Below are positions 14,099 through 26,670 of a stretch of 64,000 nucleotides of DNA, piece after piece; positions within the stretch are counted from its first letter, which is position 1; every line of letters starts with the position of its first letter. The stretch is from Malacoraja senta (Eukaryota), in NCBI GenBank assembly GCA_038087875.1, contig CM075989.1:17238001-17302000 (forward strand), in the 5' to 3' direction. The notes beneath the pieces are model-generated. The model made no database searches. It saw only the letters and a program-made list of their open reading frames with translations, and was not told the DNA's origin. A program made the position numbers and the translations under genes.

Positions 14099-15203
14099 CG
14101 ACACCTGGCAGGTGTGTGTGGTGATCTCCACCTTCCACCCACCCCTGTGTAACACTCACCACTGTTATACCTCACAGGGCCAAATCCCAGCCTGAGCCGT
14201 TCTTCTGTTGGTCTCAGGAATGAGAGGGAGCAGCAGCTCTTTCACTGCATGAGGTGAGAGGCACTGTGATGTGGCTGGCAGATCCAGCTCCTGCTCTTCC
14301 AACAGACTATGTACCTTTGTTTTATGTGCACAGGTTACTTTGTAACTATAACACTATATTCTGCACTCTGGTATTTTTCTCTTTGAACGACCTGTTGTAT
14401 TTGTGTACGGCTTCATGGCCTGATCTGGCTGGATAGCGCGTAAACACATTTCTTCACTGTACCTCAGTGCACGTGACAGTGATAAACCAATACCAATACA
14501 GTCAATGTCTCGACCCGAAACATCGCCCAATCCTTCTCTCCAAAGATGCTGCCTGTCCCGTTGAGTTACTCCAGCATTTTGTGTCTATCTTCAGCACGTA
14601 GATACCTATGCATTAGAATCAGGGGGCACTCAACCTTGCTATCTCATTTAGTAAGAGCTTGACTGGGCTGTATGTATCATCAGCACCATATTCCTGCCAA
14701 CCTGCAATAACCTTTCACCCCTTGGGAACACACAGGAACCCTGCGGAGAAGGTGGGACAAGCGGGCCCCCTCACAAGCCACCCACACCTTATTCTCCCCC
14801 AAAGTCATGCAACTCCTGCACCTGTCCTGGCGCAGTCAGCCAGTCCCATAATGGTCTGATCAGTGTCCGAAGAACTGTCATAATCTTAGTCAAAGCAAGT
14901 CACCCTCAATCTCTGAGAGGAGGAGAAGGTGAAGAGTGTGCACACACAGAGCAAGTACACAAACTGCCTGCTTCCCCACACCACATTTCATACTTATCGA
15001 GTAACCCCACCCATCAAGTGTATAAATCTCACGACTCCTACAAATAATGGTTACATTATTAATTTATCCACACAGAATAAGAAACTGTCAGTTTAGTCTC
15101 ATAGATCAGGTACACTGTAGTATATCCTCATTCATTGAGTACACAACGATAGTGTACCTCCACTGCCCAGGTACAGTGTTTTAAAGTACCCCTAAAGACC
15201 AAA

Positions 15204-15483
15204 GGGCAGCACAGTGGTGCAGCGGCAGAGACGCAGGTTCGATCCTGACTACGGGCGCTGTCTGTACGGAGATTTACGTTCTCCCTGTGGCCGCGTGGGT
15301 TTTCTCCGGGTGCTCCGGTTTTCTCCCACAGCCTAGAGACGTACAGGTTTGTAGATTAATTAGCTTCAATTGTAAATTGTCCCTAGCGTGTAGAATAATA
15401 ATGCTGGTGTATGGGGATCGCTGGTCGGCGTGGACCCTGTGGGCAGAAGGGCCTATTTCCGAGTTGTATCTCTAAAACTAAAA
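15204..15483 (+). mobile_element. HE1-like V-SINE
   Basis: Same family. Confidence 0.85.
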
Positions 15484-16275
15484 CCATGTGCACCATCATA
15501 ATGTAAAGGACCCCTCAAAGACCAAGTACACTTTAGTGTTATTCACTGTACTTGGACGGTGTCACAAACCAGGAAGGAGAGAAAACACATTACTGTCAAG
15601 CTGCAGGGAGAGCGAGGGAGAGGTGGACAGGACACACATGTTATGTGTTAACATATTACTATAAACACGCAAAGGTTTGCAAAAAATAAGCTAAATGTTC
15701 TGTGGATGGGAGGCTTTTGTACAGTTAGCAGTTCAATCTGATTTTCTATGAGAAATTTAATAAATTTTATAGCGTTTTGTCATATATTTTGAATTCACAG
15801 AATATCTTTGATAAAAGGTCAACTGGCTAGATTCTACAAATGGTACCAGGTTCTACAAATGGTAAATAAGATGAATGATCAGGTGAATTTATTATTACTT
15901 GTTGGCACTGGTTACGACAGGAAAGTTGGCCAAGGCACTAGTACTTGCGTATTAAACTGCTTCTTCTCAACTCAATGTCCATAACTTCAGCACCCACCTG
16001 AACTCCAAATACAACGTATCAAATGAAGGAGGCCATCTTTGACAGTGCACCGTCAAGTCAAATCAAATCGAGCCAGGTTTATTGTCATAAGCACACGTAT
16101 AGTGAGGTACAGGTACAATGAAAATGCAGCTTGCGGCTGCGTCACAGGACACAGACTCAGACCACACACAAAACATAAATTACACATAACTCCTGCAAGA
16201 CTAAAGAGAAAGAAAATTGTGCAATAAAAGCACATTCTTGCAAAACACAATTAGCAATAAAATAAGTTTGTGGTA

Positions 16276-16656
16276 CAGGTCCACCACCGATTTTAAGGCA
16301 CCCTTAGTTCCAGAGCCTTGCTGGATTATCCATTTTGCTGGACCAACAAAGGACATGGGCTCCGAGAGTTGAACGGTACCGGAACGGTCCGCCTAGATAC
16401 CGGCTCACAAAGTCGCCCGCTGAAGTCGGCTATGGGAACGGATCTGCCGCCTCCAGCCGGGCCGGAGTTCCAGAATCATGGCTGCAGGGGGAAAATTCGA
16501 CCCGCCAATCGGCCGCGGAAGTCCTGACGAGGCCATCTCACCCTGCCTAGGGTGGACTTCCCAGAGGGGGGGTGGTTTCAAGTGCACTCTCGTAATTTTG
16601 TCCGGATTAAAGGAGGTGCCAGACCACCAGTTACCGGGAAATCAGTAGTGGATCTG
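16276..16656. mobile_element. Tc1/mariner-superfamily (pogo/Tigger-like) MITE with a CpG-rich interior
   Basis: TA on both sides. Terminal inverted repeats (TIRs) CAGGTCCACCACCGATTT / AAATCAGTAGTGGATCTG. Confidence 0.75.
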
Positions 16657-18346
16657 TAGTGCATGAGGTGGTCCATAGTGCTTTGTTATTGAGGTAGGAT
16701 TAGGGTTGTATGGTTAGTTCATACACTCGTTTACTTTTGCACTGACTGTACTGCACTGCACTGCAATTGCATGTTCAAAGTTTAAAGGGGGGGGGGCTAG
16801 AACACATAAACCTTCTGACTCACAGGCAGAAACGTTGCCAAGTCTAATCCATGCTCCAATATTTTTGGAAATCTTACTGACCTTAGTTGGCAGGAGTTTT
16901 CCTCCAAGACAAGAAGGAAGACAATAAAAATTAAAATTAATTGCCGTCACTTGAAAAATAGTAAAGGTATCTGCCAAGTTTTTCAATTCTTGTCACATAA
17001 TATATTTAAACGTTGCCAGATTGAACTTGTCTCGGGATCTTATCTTCATTGCAATGAATCCATTTATTTTATTCCAACAAGGAGGATTTTCCAAAACCTT
17101 TTAAAATACTTTGAACATTAATGAGGCTATGTTCCCCACTAAAGGTGGAGAACATCTCTTTTCAAAGTTCGTTTTATTTGCATTTGCGAGTTTTTAATCT
17201 CCTTTAAAATTGCAACTGTTATAAAGGAGCGTTACAAAACTGGCAGCGCAGGCTGATTCACAACCTTTTTTACTCATGGACATTTTTCATCAGGCTAGAA
17301 AAACGCCCCGACCTACTTGATGCCACGAATACCTACGACTAGCATCATGACCTACCTACGAGCTCCTACGACCTCGTGATGACCATGCTGCGAGTATGAG
17401 TCAAGGGCAAACTCGGCAGAGGTCGTGAATTAGGTCTTGAAAGTGGGACAGGCCCTTAAGGGTGGATAGAAAACGTTCAGAGACTACAACACAGGACAAA
17501 TTAGTTGGCATTTGCATAACTATGAAATGGAATCTAACACAATTTTTTCTTTAATATATAGGGCACATGGAATGTTATTTTCCAAAGCAATGGCAGTGTA
17601 ATAAGGTTGATGTGTATCTCGACCCTTGAAAGCTTTTGAGATGGACAGCAGCAGAATATAAGATTGTGACAGGAAGAACACATTATCTGAGGGACAAATT
17701 ACAGAGAGCAGTGGTCTATAATTACTGTAACAGGAGAACAGCCGTAGGCCATGTAACCTTGTGTAATTCAGTGTTCATTGGAAATGTGGCTGATCTGTGT
17801 TTTAAGTCCAGAAACTTGCTTCCTCTGAAATAACCTTGGTGAACAAAAACTATCAGTATCTCAGTGGGTCAGGCAGCATCTCTGGAGAAACCTTTCTTCT
17901 CGACTCGAAACATCACCTATTTCTTTTCTCCAGAAATGCTGTCTGACCCGCTGATTTATTCCAGCTTTTTGTGTCTATCTTCGGTTTAAACCAGCGTTTG
18001 CAGTTCCTTCTTACACATCAGGAAAACTGGAATGGCATTTAGCCATTCAAATGGTATTTAGCCTACCTATACAAAAAACTATCAGTATCTGATTTTGAAT
18101 AAATGTCTAGCCCAGCATCATTTACCCTACAAGCATCTAACAATCTCGACCTGCAGAGTTGTTTCTTTACCTTCCACCGGAGAGGTCTGTCCAGGTTCCT
18201 AGCAACCGGGGCCTCAACCACTGGATGCCTACATCCATACTCCCAGCTCCCCAAAACATCTACAGTAGGTAATTTCAAACAAATCACCTCTTAGCCCTAA
18301 ATTCCAGTGTACTTTGTTCTCATAATCCAATCTTTAAGAGTCGGGT

Positions 18347-18627
18347 GGTACACAAAAATGCTGGAGAAACTCAGCGGGTGCAGCAGCATCTATGGAGCGA
18401 AGGAAATAGGCAACGTTTCGGGCCGAAACCCTTCTTCAGACTGATAGGGGGTGGGGAGAAGAAAGGAAAAAAGGAAAAAGGCGGAGGAGGAGCCCGAGGG
18501 CTGGGGGAGGGGAGGAGACAACCAGATGGCTGATGAAGGGGAGGGGACAGCAAGGGCTAGCAGAATTGGAAGAATTCAATGTTCAGGCCCCCAGGATGTA
18601 GACTGCCCAAGCGGAATATGAGGTGCC
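18347..18627 (-). mobile_element. Penelope-like element 3' end, same young subfamily as 19551-20312
   Basis: Near-perfect reverse complement of 20033-20312. 11-bp TSD aagagtcgggt at 18336-18346 and 18628-18638. Confidence 0.88.
18412..18439 (-). ncRNA. Minimal hammerhead ribozyme core (Penelope-associated), sense to the ADAMTS17 pre-mRNA
   Basis: CUGAAGA-A-GGG UUUCGG CCC-GAAAC GUU. Catalytic core and stem II are intact; stem I is weak. Confidence 0.6.
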
Positions 18628-19020
18628 AAGAGTCGGGTCATTGAAGAATCATACAGCACGGAAACAGGCCCTTTAGCCCAACTTGCCCATGCTGACCATG
18701 ATGCCCCATCTACACCAGGCCCGCCTGCTTGCGTTAGGCCCGTGAGTATGCAAGCACACTGTACTCTTCTCGCGATACACCAGTTTTACGTGTGAATCTG
18801 TTGAACATTGATCATTTTCAAAGGTGAAACATGATAATGAACATTTCCAGTCGTTTGGATCACTTGTAAAATTTGACCAGCCACTTTCTGTTGTTGCGCT
18901 AATTGAAAAGTGAGAAAAAAACTGGGAAATCCTGGACAAAACTCAGCAGGTGTGAGAAGAGAAACAATGATACCACTTTGCATCAATTACTTTTCATCAG
19001 GAACCATCCTACAACATTAA

Positions 19021-19337
19021 AGGGGCTGTCCCACTGTACAAGCTAATTCAAGAGTTCTCCCGAGTTTCCCCTGATTCGAACTCGGAGAATTACGGTAATA
19101 GCCGCTCGTAGGTACTTGGGGCTCTCGTGGACATTTTTCAACGTGTTGAAAAATCTTCACGAGTCTTCACGAGCTTACCGCGTTTCCCGAGTACCCGCCG
19201 TTAGCGTTACGAGCCGCTAAGAGACGTCTCGAGCTCCGACGTACCCGCTACGTACATTCTACGTGCTTACCACGAGTTTGATTTTTTTTTTTACTCGGGA
19301 GAGCTCTTGAATTAGCTCGTACAGTGGGACAGGCCCA
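19021..19337. mobile_element. MITE with TIRs of about 45 bp, probably PIF/Harbinger
   Basis: AGGGGCTGTCCCACTGTACAAGCTAATTCAAGAG.. / ..CTCTTGAATTAGCTCGTACAGTGGGACAGGCCC, flanked by TAA on both sides. Confidence 0.75.
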
Positions 19338-19550
19338 TAACTCTATTTCCCACTCTGGAGATGCGACTGACCGGCTGAGTATTTCTAGCATTCTCGGTTT
19401 TAATGTCTTGTTGCATAATATGAGACTTGACCCAGGCAAGGTCCCTGAAGAATTGGGGAGGATATTGGATCTTGTTCTCCTGGAGATGCTCTGGGGACAA
19501 GAGGCAAATGGTGTACCTCCCAGAACATAGAATAAGACACCCAGGGTATA

Positions 19551-20312
19551 AGTGATCCTCCGTCAGTTTCGCCACCTCCAACGTGACCCCACCACTCGCC
19601 ACATCTTCCCATCTCCCCCCGTGTCTGCCTTCCGCAAAGACCGCTCCCTCCGTAACTCCCTTGTCAATTCTTCCCTTCCCTCCCATACCACCCCCTCCCC
19701 TGGTACTTTCCTTTGCAACCGCAAGAGATGCAACACTTGTCCCTTCACCTCCCCCCTCGACTCCATTCAAGGACCCAAGCAGTCGTTCCAGGTGCGACAG
19801 AGGTTCACCTGCATCTCCTCCAACCTCATCTATTGCATCCGCTGCTCTAGATGCCAGCTGATCTACATCGGCTTGGCGATCGTTTCGCCGAACACCTCCG
19901 GTCGGTCCACAATAACCAACCTGAGCTCCCGGTGGCTCAGCACTTCAACTCCCCCTCCCATTCCGTATCTGACCTCTCTGTCCTGGGTCTCCTCCATGAC
20001 CACAGCGAGCAACACCGTAAATTGGAGGAAATGCACCTCATATTCCGCTTGGGCAGTCTACATCCTGGGGGCTTGAACATTGAATTCTCCCAATTCTGCT
20101 AGCCCTTGCTGTCCCCTCCCCTTCATCAGCCCTCTGGTTGTCTCCTCCCCTCCCCCAGCCCTCGGGCTCCTCCTCCGCCTTTTTCCTTTTTTCCTTTCTT
20201 CCCCCCACCCCCCATCAGTCTGAAGAAAGGTTTCGGCCCGAAACGTTGCCTATTTCCTTCGCTCCATAGATGCTGCTGCACCCGCTGAGTTTCTCCAGCA
20301 TTTTTGTGTACC
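19551..20312 (+). mobile_element. 5'-truncated Penelope-like element (Neptune-type): frameshifted GIY-YIG endonuclease remnant, pyrimidine-rich 3' UTR and hammerhead motif
   Basis: CNRKRCNTC linker, LIYCIRCSRCQLIYIG and, after a frameshifting deletion, LGDRFAEHLRSV...NIEFSQFC. TSD acccagggtata at 19539-19550 and 20310-20321 (partly overlapping the element end). Confidence 0.88.
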
Positions 20313-21669
20313 CAGGGTATATGATAGTTACAGTGTTGGGCCCTCCATAGCCATGCTCCACTCACAATAGCACGGTCCATGTTCTCATGGTGCATATCAC
20401 CCCACTCTATACTCTTACTCCTACTTTGCCAAGGGGGGATCTTAAACAACCATCCCTGCAATTGGACATCTTCTGATCCCCAAATCTCCCAGCCACTGAA
20501 CCCAGCCACCACCATCCTAACAACAGTGCACTGGTTTTTGATCCCACCTTCCGCCTCTCATCCTCCACTCTCTGGCCTTGGGAGAGAAGGATCAGATGGC
20601 TTTTGGCATCAGCGACAACTGAACCATCACACCGCGCGTCAACAGACAAAGCATTCATTGGACTAGCATTCAGAATTTGGGGCAATGCTTCCAAAAGTTA
20701 GATCCAGAACAGTCAACAGAACCTTGGTCCAGTTGTCCTCCAGTCCGCTAGCTAATATAGTCATGCTTTTCATTAGTCCTTGGACTAGTTTCTGTTCTTG
20801 CTCATTACATTTTAATGATTACGTACATGGTTCTGGAATTTTTTTTGGATCTGCAGTAATTGCAGCCTTTCACCACACTTTAAAAAGTGCTTCAGCCATC
20901 TCCGGTCCAAAGTGGATGACTTCAAGCTTGGCCACAGTGAAATACATAATTACGGTTTTCTCCATTCCTTCAAACTACTAAAGTCCTTGTAATTCAACGC
21001 TTCCACACTCACTGTGTTTGAGGTATCCCTCTGACTGTCTGGAATCTAAAAATGTTGATTGATGTGGCTCCAAGTAGTTCTCATGGGCCATCACAACTCC
21101 ATTCCACTCATAAATCCTACTCAACAATTCCCCTTCACTTTCATGAGGCTCAGTTTTTACTAACAACTTCAGGGAAATATATCAAACGCTTTTCGGAACA
21201 CCGTATAAATTACATACATACACATTAAAAGAGACTCGGGTACACTCTCCTGCCCACAGCATATTTTATCAAAGTTTGTCAGATGTGTCTGGCCTTTTGT
21301 AAGTCCATTCGACCTTTCGAACAAGCTGAAATTTTTAATGGGTTCAGTGACTCTGTCCTTAACTCCAGTAACCTCCTGTGACAGACCTTAGCCTGACTGG
21401 GCTTTACTTCCCTGGTTTCTTTCTCCCAGCTTTCTAAAATAACAGAGCAATCATTTTCCCATCTAGGGGATCAATTCCCAGCTCAAAAGTACTGACAAAG
21501 ATCACAGCTGAAGTATTTGCTTCCACTGAAACCTGGACCGGAATCCAAGCTAGATCTTGGAATTCGTCTTGTCATATTGCCATTTTCTCCATTACCTTTA
21601 GTTAGCCCACTGAAAAGTTCCCCCCGCTGATTTACCATTAGTTTCAGTGAGTTTTCTGTCAAGCCCTTC

Positions 21670-21982
21670 TTTAGACTTTTTTGACTAGAAATAAAGTGTG
21701 GTAACAGGGCCTTCGACCCATAGAGTCCGCGCCGACCAGCGATCACCTCCAACACCGGCACTATCCTACACACTAGGAATAATTTACAATTTACCGAAGC
21801 CAATTAATCTTCAAACCTGTACGTCTTTGGAGCGTGGGAGGAAACCGCAGCACACAGAGAAAACCCATGCAGTCACAGAGAGAACATGCAAACTCCGCAC
21901 AGATAGCATCTGTAGTCAGGATCAAACCTGGGTCTCTGGCGCTGTAAGGCAGCAAATCGACTGCTACGCCACTATTCCACCC
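21670..21982 (-). mobile_element. HE1-like V-SINE
   Basis: Reverse complement of the same family. Confidence 0.8.
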
Positions 21983-23085
21983 TTTTTTCTATTGTAAATA
22001 TTGGCATACAGTAATGTTGCAACTTATCTGCTGATGTATGTATGTGTGGCTGTGATCACTAGGAATGTCCTCAAATAGCCTGTGCTGGAGAGTGTTCTCC
22101 CTGCTGTGGAGACAGGATAAGGTTGAGAAAAGGAAACAGATCCTTTGGTCCATAGGAGGACAGATCAGGCCCTAGAGCAGTAACAGAGGGGGCAGGACAT
22201 CACTGCCCGGAGTGATGCTTTTGCACCTGGGAACCGTTCAGAAAGAAATTCCATGAACTCAGCAGATACTTCCTCTGAAAATATATCTCACCAATTCTTG
22301 GAAACCGATTTGACATTAGATCAGGCTTGTTCATTTTTCAGACTTCAGCACAAAGTAACACCCAAAATTCGGTAATAAATCTGCAGCATCTGGAGTCAAG
22401 GATCAGCCTGACAGCAGTTTCTATCCAAGAACGATCATTTTGATTGCACTGGAAAGATGGCAACTTAGCTGCAGTTTTCAAGTGACGCGAGAATGTGAGC
22501 ACAACACAGACGTTCTGGGTAACTGCGGCTTCGAGAAGGGGAACAACGTCAAATATCTTCAGCATAAGCTGCCCACCTGTCATAGCATCATAGAGATACA
22601 GCACAGAAACAGGCCCACTGTTTGAACTGACCATTAAGCACTCATTAATACCGACCCTATGTTAACCTATTTATTCTCCTCACATTCTCATCAACTCCCT
22701 CCAGATTCTACCCCTCACCTATAGGTACTACACACAACCTCTTGCACTACCATGGACTTGTTCACTAATTCTGTTTGTACACTGATGTCTTGTTTTGCAC
22801 AAATGCACTGCTGCATCAATGTGCCTGTGATGCAGCAGCATTGCAGCCATATAGATGCTGCATTGTATTTGTGCATGTGCCAATAAACTCGAATTGACCG
22901 ACACTCTGGGGGCAATTAACAATGGTCAATATACCTAACTACCTGCACATTCTCAGGATGTGGGAGGAAACCAGAGAACCCTTAGAATACCCACATGTTT
23001 ACAGAGAGAGCTTGAAAACTCCACAGAGACATCACATCAGAATTGAATCCAAGTCACCGGAGCTCTGAGTCAGCAGCTTTACCAG

Positions 23086-23298
23086 CTAGACACAAAGTGC
23101 TGGAGTAACTCAGAGGGTCAGGTAACATCTCTGCAGAACATGGATAGGTGATGTTTCAGGTCAGTACCCTTATTCAGACTGAAGAAGTGTCCCAAACCAA
23201 AACATCAACAATCCGCATTCTAAAGAGATGCTGCCTGAGTAACTCCAGCGGTTTGTGTCCTTGTGTGTAAACCAGCATCAGTAGTTCTCTGTATCTGG
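23086..23298. mobile_element. Penelope-derived fold-back mini-element inside an old SINE
   Basis: Symmetry axis at ttcagactgaa. 10-bp TSD gctttaccag at 23076-23085 and 23299-23308. Confidence 0.75.
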
Positions 23299-24649
23299 GC
23301 TTTACCAGTTGCTCAACTGAGCCACCCACATAATTTGGACTGCTCAGCCTACAAGGCAGACTGAAGGAACAGCCCCTTGAGTTAGAATGGGAAATGAAGA
23401 TTAATGTCTTTGTGGCAATAAGCTTGTTTTAATGATACTCTGAAATGTCTTACTTTTAAGAATTTGAAACATTTCAATTTCAGACTTCAAAGAGAAACTT
23501 AAATAGGCTCACCTGAGAGCAAATGGAGAGTGATCTACAAGCACCGCTTTTCAACTACTTTTCACACAAAGGCCAGGGAGCTGGAGGCCACTGGTGTACA
23601 GATGGTAAAAAGAGTCATTATCTAGGACAGGTTCCAGTAACCACACTGTATCATAAAACTGTCAGCAACTTATGCCTTGCATTGTTTTTAATAATCATTC
23701 TGTTGCAAGATATACATTTCTCTCTAATAACAGGGGAGACGGCCATATTCATTTCATTAAAAAGTCAAAGAAATTGCATTCGTAACTGTAAAGTCTACAG
23801 AGAGAAAAAAGCTAATGTTCACTCCATTTGGCAGGCAGCTTATGAAAGCAAACCTTTGTAACTCATGCAACTAATGTATCCGCTGATATCTGTAAACAGG
23901 TTTCCCACCAATTCCAACTATTTTTGTATCATTCTGTTACGTGGAGTTATACTGCACGGAAACAGGCCCTTCGGCCCATTGAGCCTGTATCATTCATCAA
24001 CGACCAATTCATTCTAATCCTACATGAATTCCAGGTTAGTCATCCCACAATCCCCAAAACTAGCCCCAGATTCTGTCACCTAACTGTGCAAGGGCAATGT
24101 ACAATCTAACTAACCTACCAACTTGCATATCTTTGGAATCTGGGAGGAATCCAGAGCACATAGGGAAAACCCACACAGTCACAACACTACCATGCAAACT
24201 CGACATTGACAGCACCCAAGATCAGTTCATAAGTTATAGGAGCAGAATTAGGACATTCGGCCCATCAAATCTACTCCGCCATTCTATGTTTCCCTCTCAA
24301 CCCCATTCTCCTGCCTACTCCCCATAACCCCTGAAACCCGTCCTTATCAGGATTGAACTCAGGTCACTGGAGCTGTGAGGAAGCAGCTATACTAGCTGTG
24401 CCTGGAGTTGTTTCAACTGACAATTGATAGTTCTGGTATTTTGCCCTTCTTCAAACCCGCCGTTGCCAGATAAGAATGGCAGAATGTTGCCCCACTCATC
24501 TCTTCCACCCTGGAGACATTAGAATATAAATCTAGTCCTACAGTGTGAGATTGAGAGATGCTATCTTTTGATTGAGGTGGAACCTGTCAGTGAAAATATA
24601 TCAAACAATAAGGCATTTTTGTAGCATCTTATCAATAGGTACAGTTTGG

Positions 24650-26670
24650 TATAAAAATGGAAGTTAGGCAGAGGAGTGCATGGTATCATAGATAGTGAAG
24701 GCCGTAATCAAAAATTATAGCTGGCTCTTGATCAGATGTGTAGTGGGCTGATGAATAGCTAGTGGAGTTTAATACAGATAAGTGCAAGGTGTAGCATTTT
24801 GGGAAGTCAAACCAGGGCAAGACCTTCATAGTGAATTCTCTGCCCTTGGGAGTGTTGTAGGGAGGGGGGGGGGGGAATCTAGAAGCACAGATACACAGTT
24901 CCCTGAACGTGGTGTCACATGTAGAAAGGGTGATAACAAGGCTTTTGGTACATTGGCCTTCATCAGTCAGGGTATTAAGTATAGAAGTTGGGACATTATG
25001 TCACAGTTGTACAAGACATTGGTGAGGCCACTTTTGGAGTATTGTGTTCGGCTTTTGTCACCCTGCCATAGAAAGGATGTTGTTAACCTGAAAAGAGTGC
25101 AGAGAAGATTTACGGGAATGTTGCCAGGACTTGAGGGTCTGAGCTACAGAGAGAGATTGCACAAGGTAGGACTTTATTCCTTGGAGTACAGGAAGCTGAG
25201 CGTGATCTTATAGAGGTGTGTAAAACCAAGAGGGGAATAGATAGCGTGAATGCACAGAGCCTTTTATCCAGTGTAGGGGAATGAAAAATCATAGGAAACA
25301 TAGAAACATAGAAACATAGAAAGTAGGTGCGAGAGTAGACCACCAGGCCCATCGAGCCCGCACCGCCATTCGCTCATGGCTGAACACTAAACAGACACCC
25401 TTACCCACAAACAGTAGACACAAGACACAGAACACAAGACACTACCCTCCCCTTTATATCGCTATCACCCCTCTCCACCCCAAGAACCGCGTGATCTCCT
25501 GGGGGAGGCAAAAAACCGGATAAAAACCCAGGTCCAATTCGGGAAAAAAATCCGGGAAATTCCTCTCCGACCCCAATCCAGGCGATCGACACTTGTCCAG
25601 GAGATCACTCAGGTCTTACTATACTAACCATACCTAGGTCCATATCCCTGCCCTCTCCCCGTAGCCCCTTATCCCCTTGGCAGCTAAAAAAACATCTATT
25701 TTAGACTTAAATATATTTAATGTTTCTGCTTCCACTGCTCCCTGGGGCAGTGAATTCCATAAATTAACCACCCTCTGGGTGAAGAAGTTCTTCCTCATCT
25801 CAGTTTTAAAAGAGCCCCCTCTTATTCTACAACTATGTCCCCTAGTTCTAGTTTCCCCGATCATTGGGAACATCCTCGGTGCATCCACCCGATCAAGGCC
25901 CCTCACGATCTTATATGTTTCAATGAGATCGCCTCTCATTCTTCTAAACTCCAAAGAGTAGAGTTCCAGCCTACTTAACCTTTCCTCATATGTCAATCCC
26001 CTCATTGCAGGAATTAATCTTGTAAACCTTCGCTGCACTGCCTCCAGGGCCAGTACATCCTTTCTTAAGTATGGACCCCAGAACTGTACACAGTATTCCA
26101 AATGTGGTCTCACTAATACTGTGTACAGCTGCAGCAAGACCTCCGTGTTTTTATACTCAATCCCCCTAGCAATAAAGGCCAAAACTCCATTGGCCTTCCT
26201 GATTGCTTGCTGCACCTGCATACTAACTTTTAGTGATTCATGTACTACTACCCCTAGATCCCTTTGCGTTGCATTACAACGCAGCTCCACCTCATTTAGA
26301 AAATAACTTGCCCTATCATTTTTTTCCCAAAGTGAATGACTTCACATTTATTAGTATTAAATTTCATCTGCCAAGTTGTTGCCCACTCACCTAGAAAAAG
26401 GTTGAAGGTGAGAGGGGCATGATGTAATACAAACCGGAGGGGCAACTTTTTCACTCAAAGGGTGGTGGGCATATGGAATGAGCTGCCAGAAGAGATTATT
26501 CGAGGCAGGTACAATAACAGCATTTAAAAGATTCGTGGAGATGTAAATATAGAGGAAAGGTTTACATATGGGCCAAACACAGCCAATGGGACAATGGGGC
26601 ATTTTAGTTGGCATGGACGAATTGGGCCGAAGGGCCTGTTTCCACGCTGTATCTCTAAACTAAACTAAAC
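24650..26670 (+). mobile_element. Older CR1/HER1-like LINE fragment, split by the minus-strand CR1 (halves at about 24650-25295 and 26391-26670)
   Basis: AFISQGIKYRSW..LVRPLLEYCV..VQRRFTGMLPGLEGLSY. Its 3' end gggccgaagggcctgtttcc..(ctaaa)n is shared with the HE1-like SINE. Confidence 0.85.
25296..26390 (-). mobile_element. Young 5'-truncated CR1 LINE (ORF2 C-terminus, long 3' UTR, (TTTCTATG)n tail)
   Basis: Uninterrupted 218-aa frame RDLGVVV..LVRPHLEYCVQFW..RGDLIETYK..FFTQRVVNLWNSLP. Inserted into an older plus-strand CR1. Confidence 0.92.
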
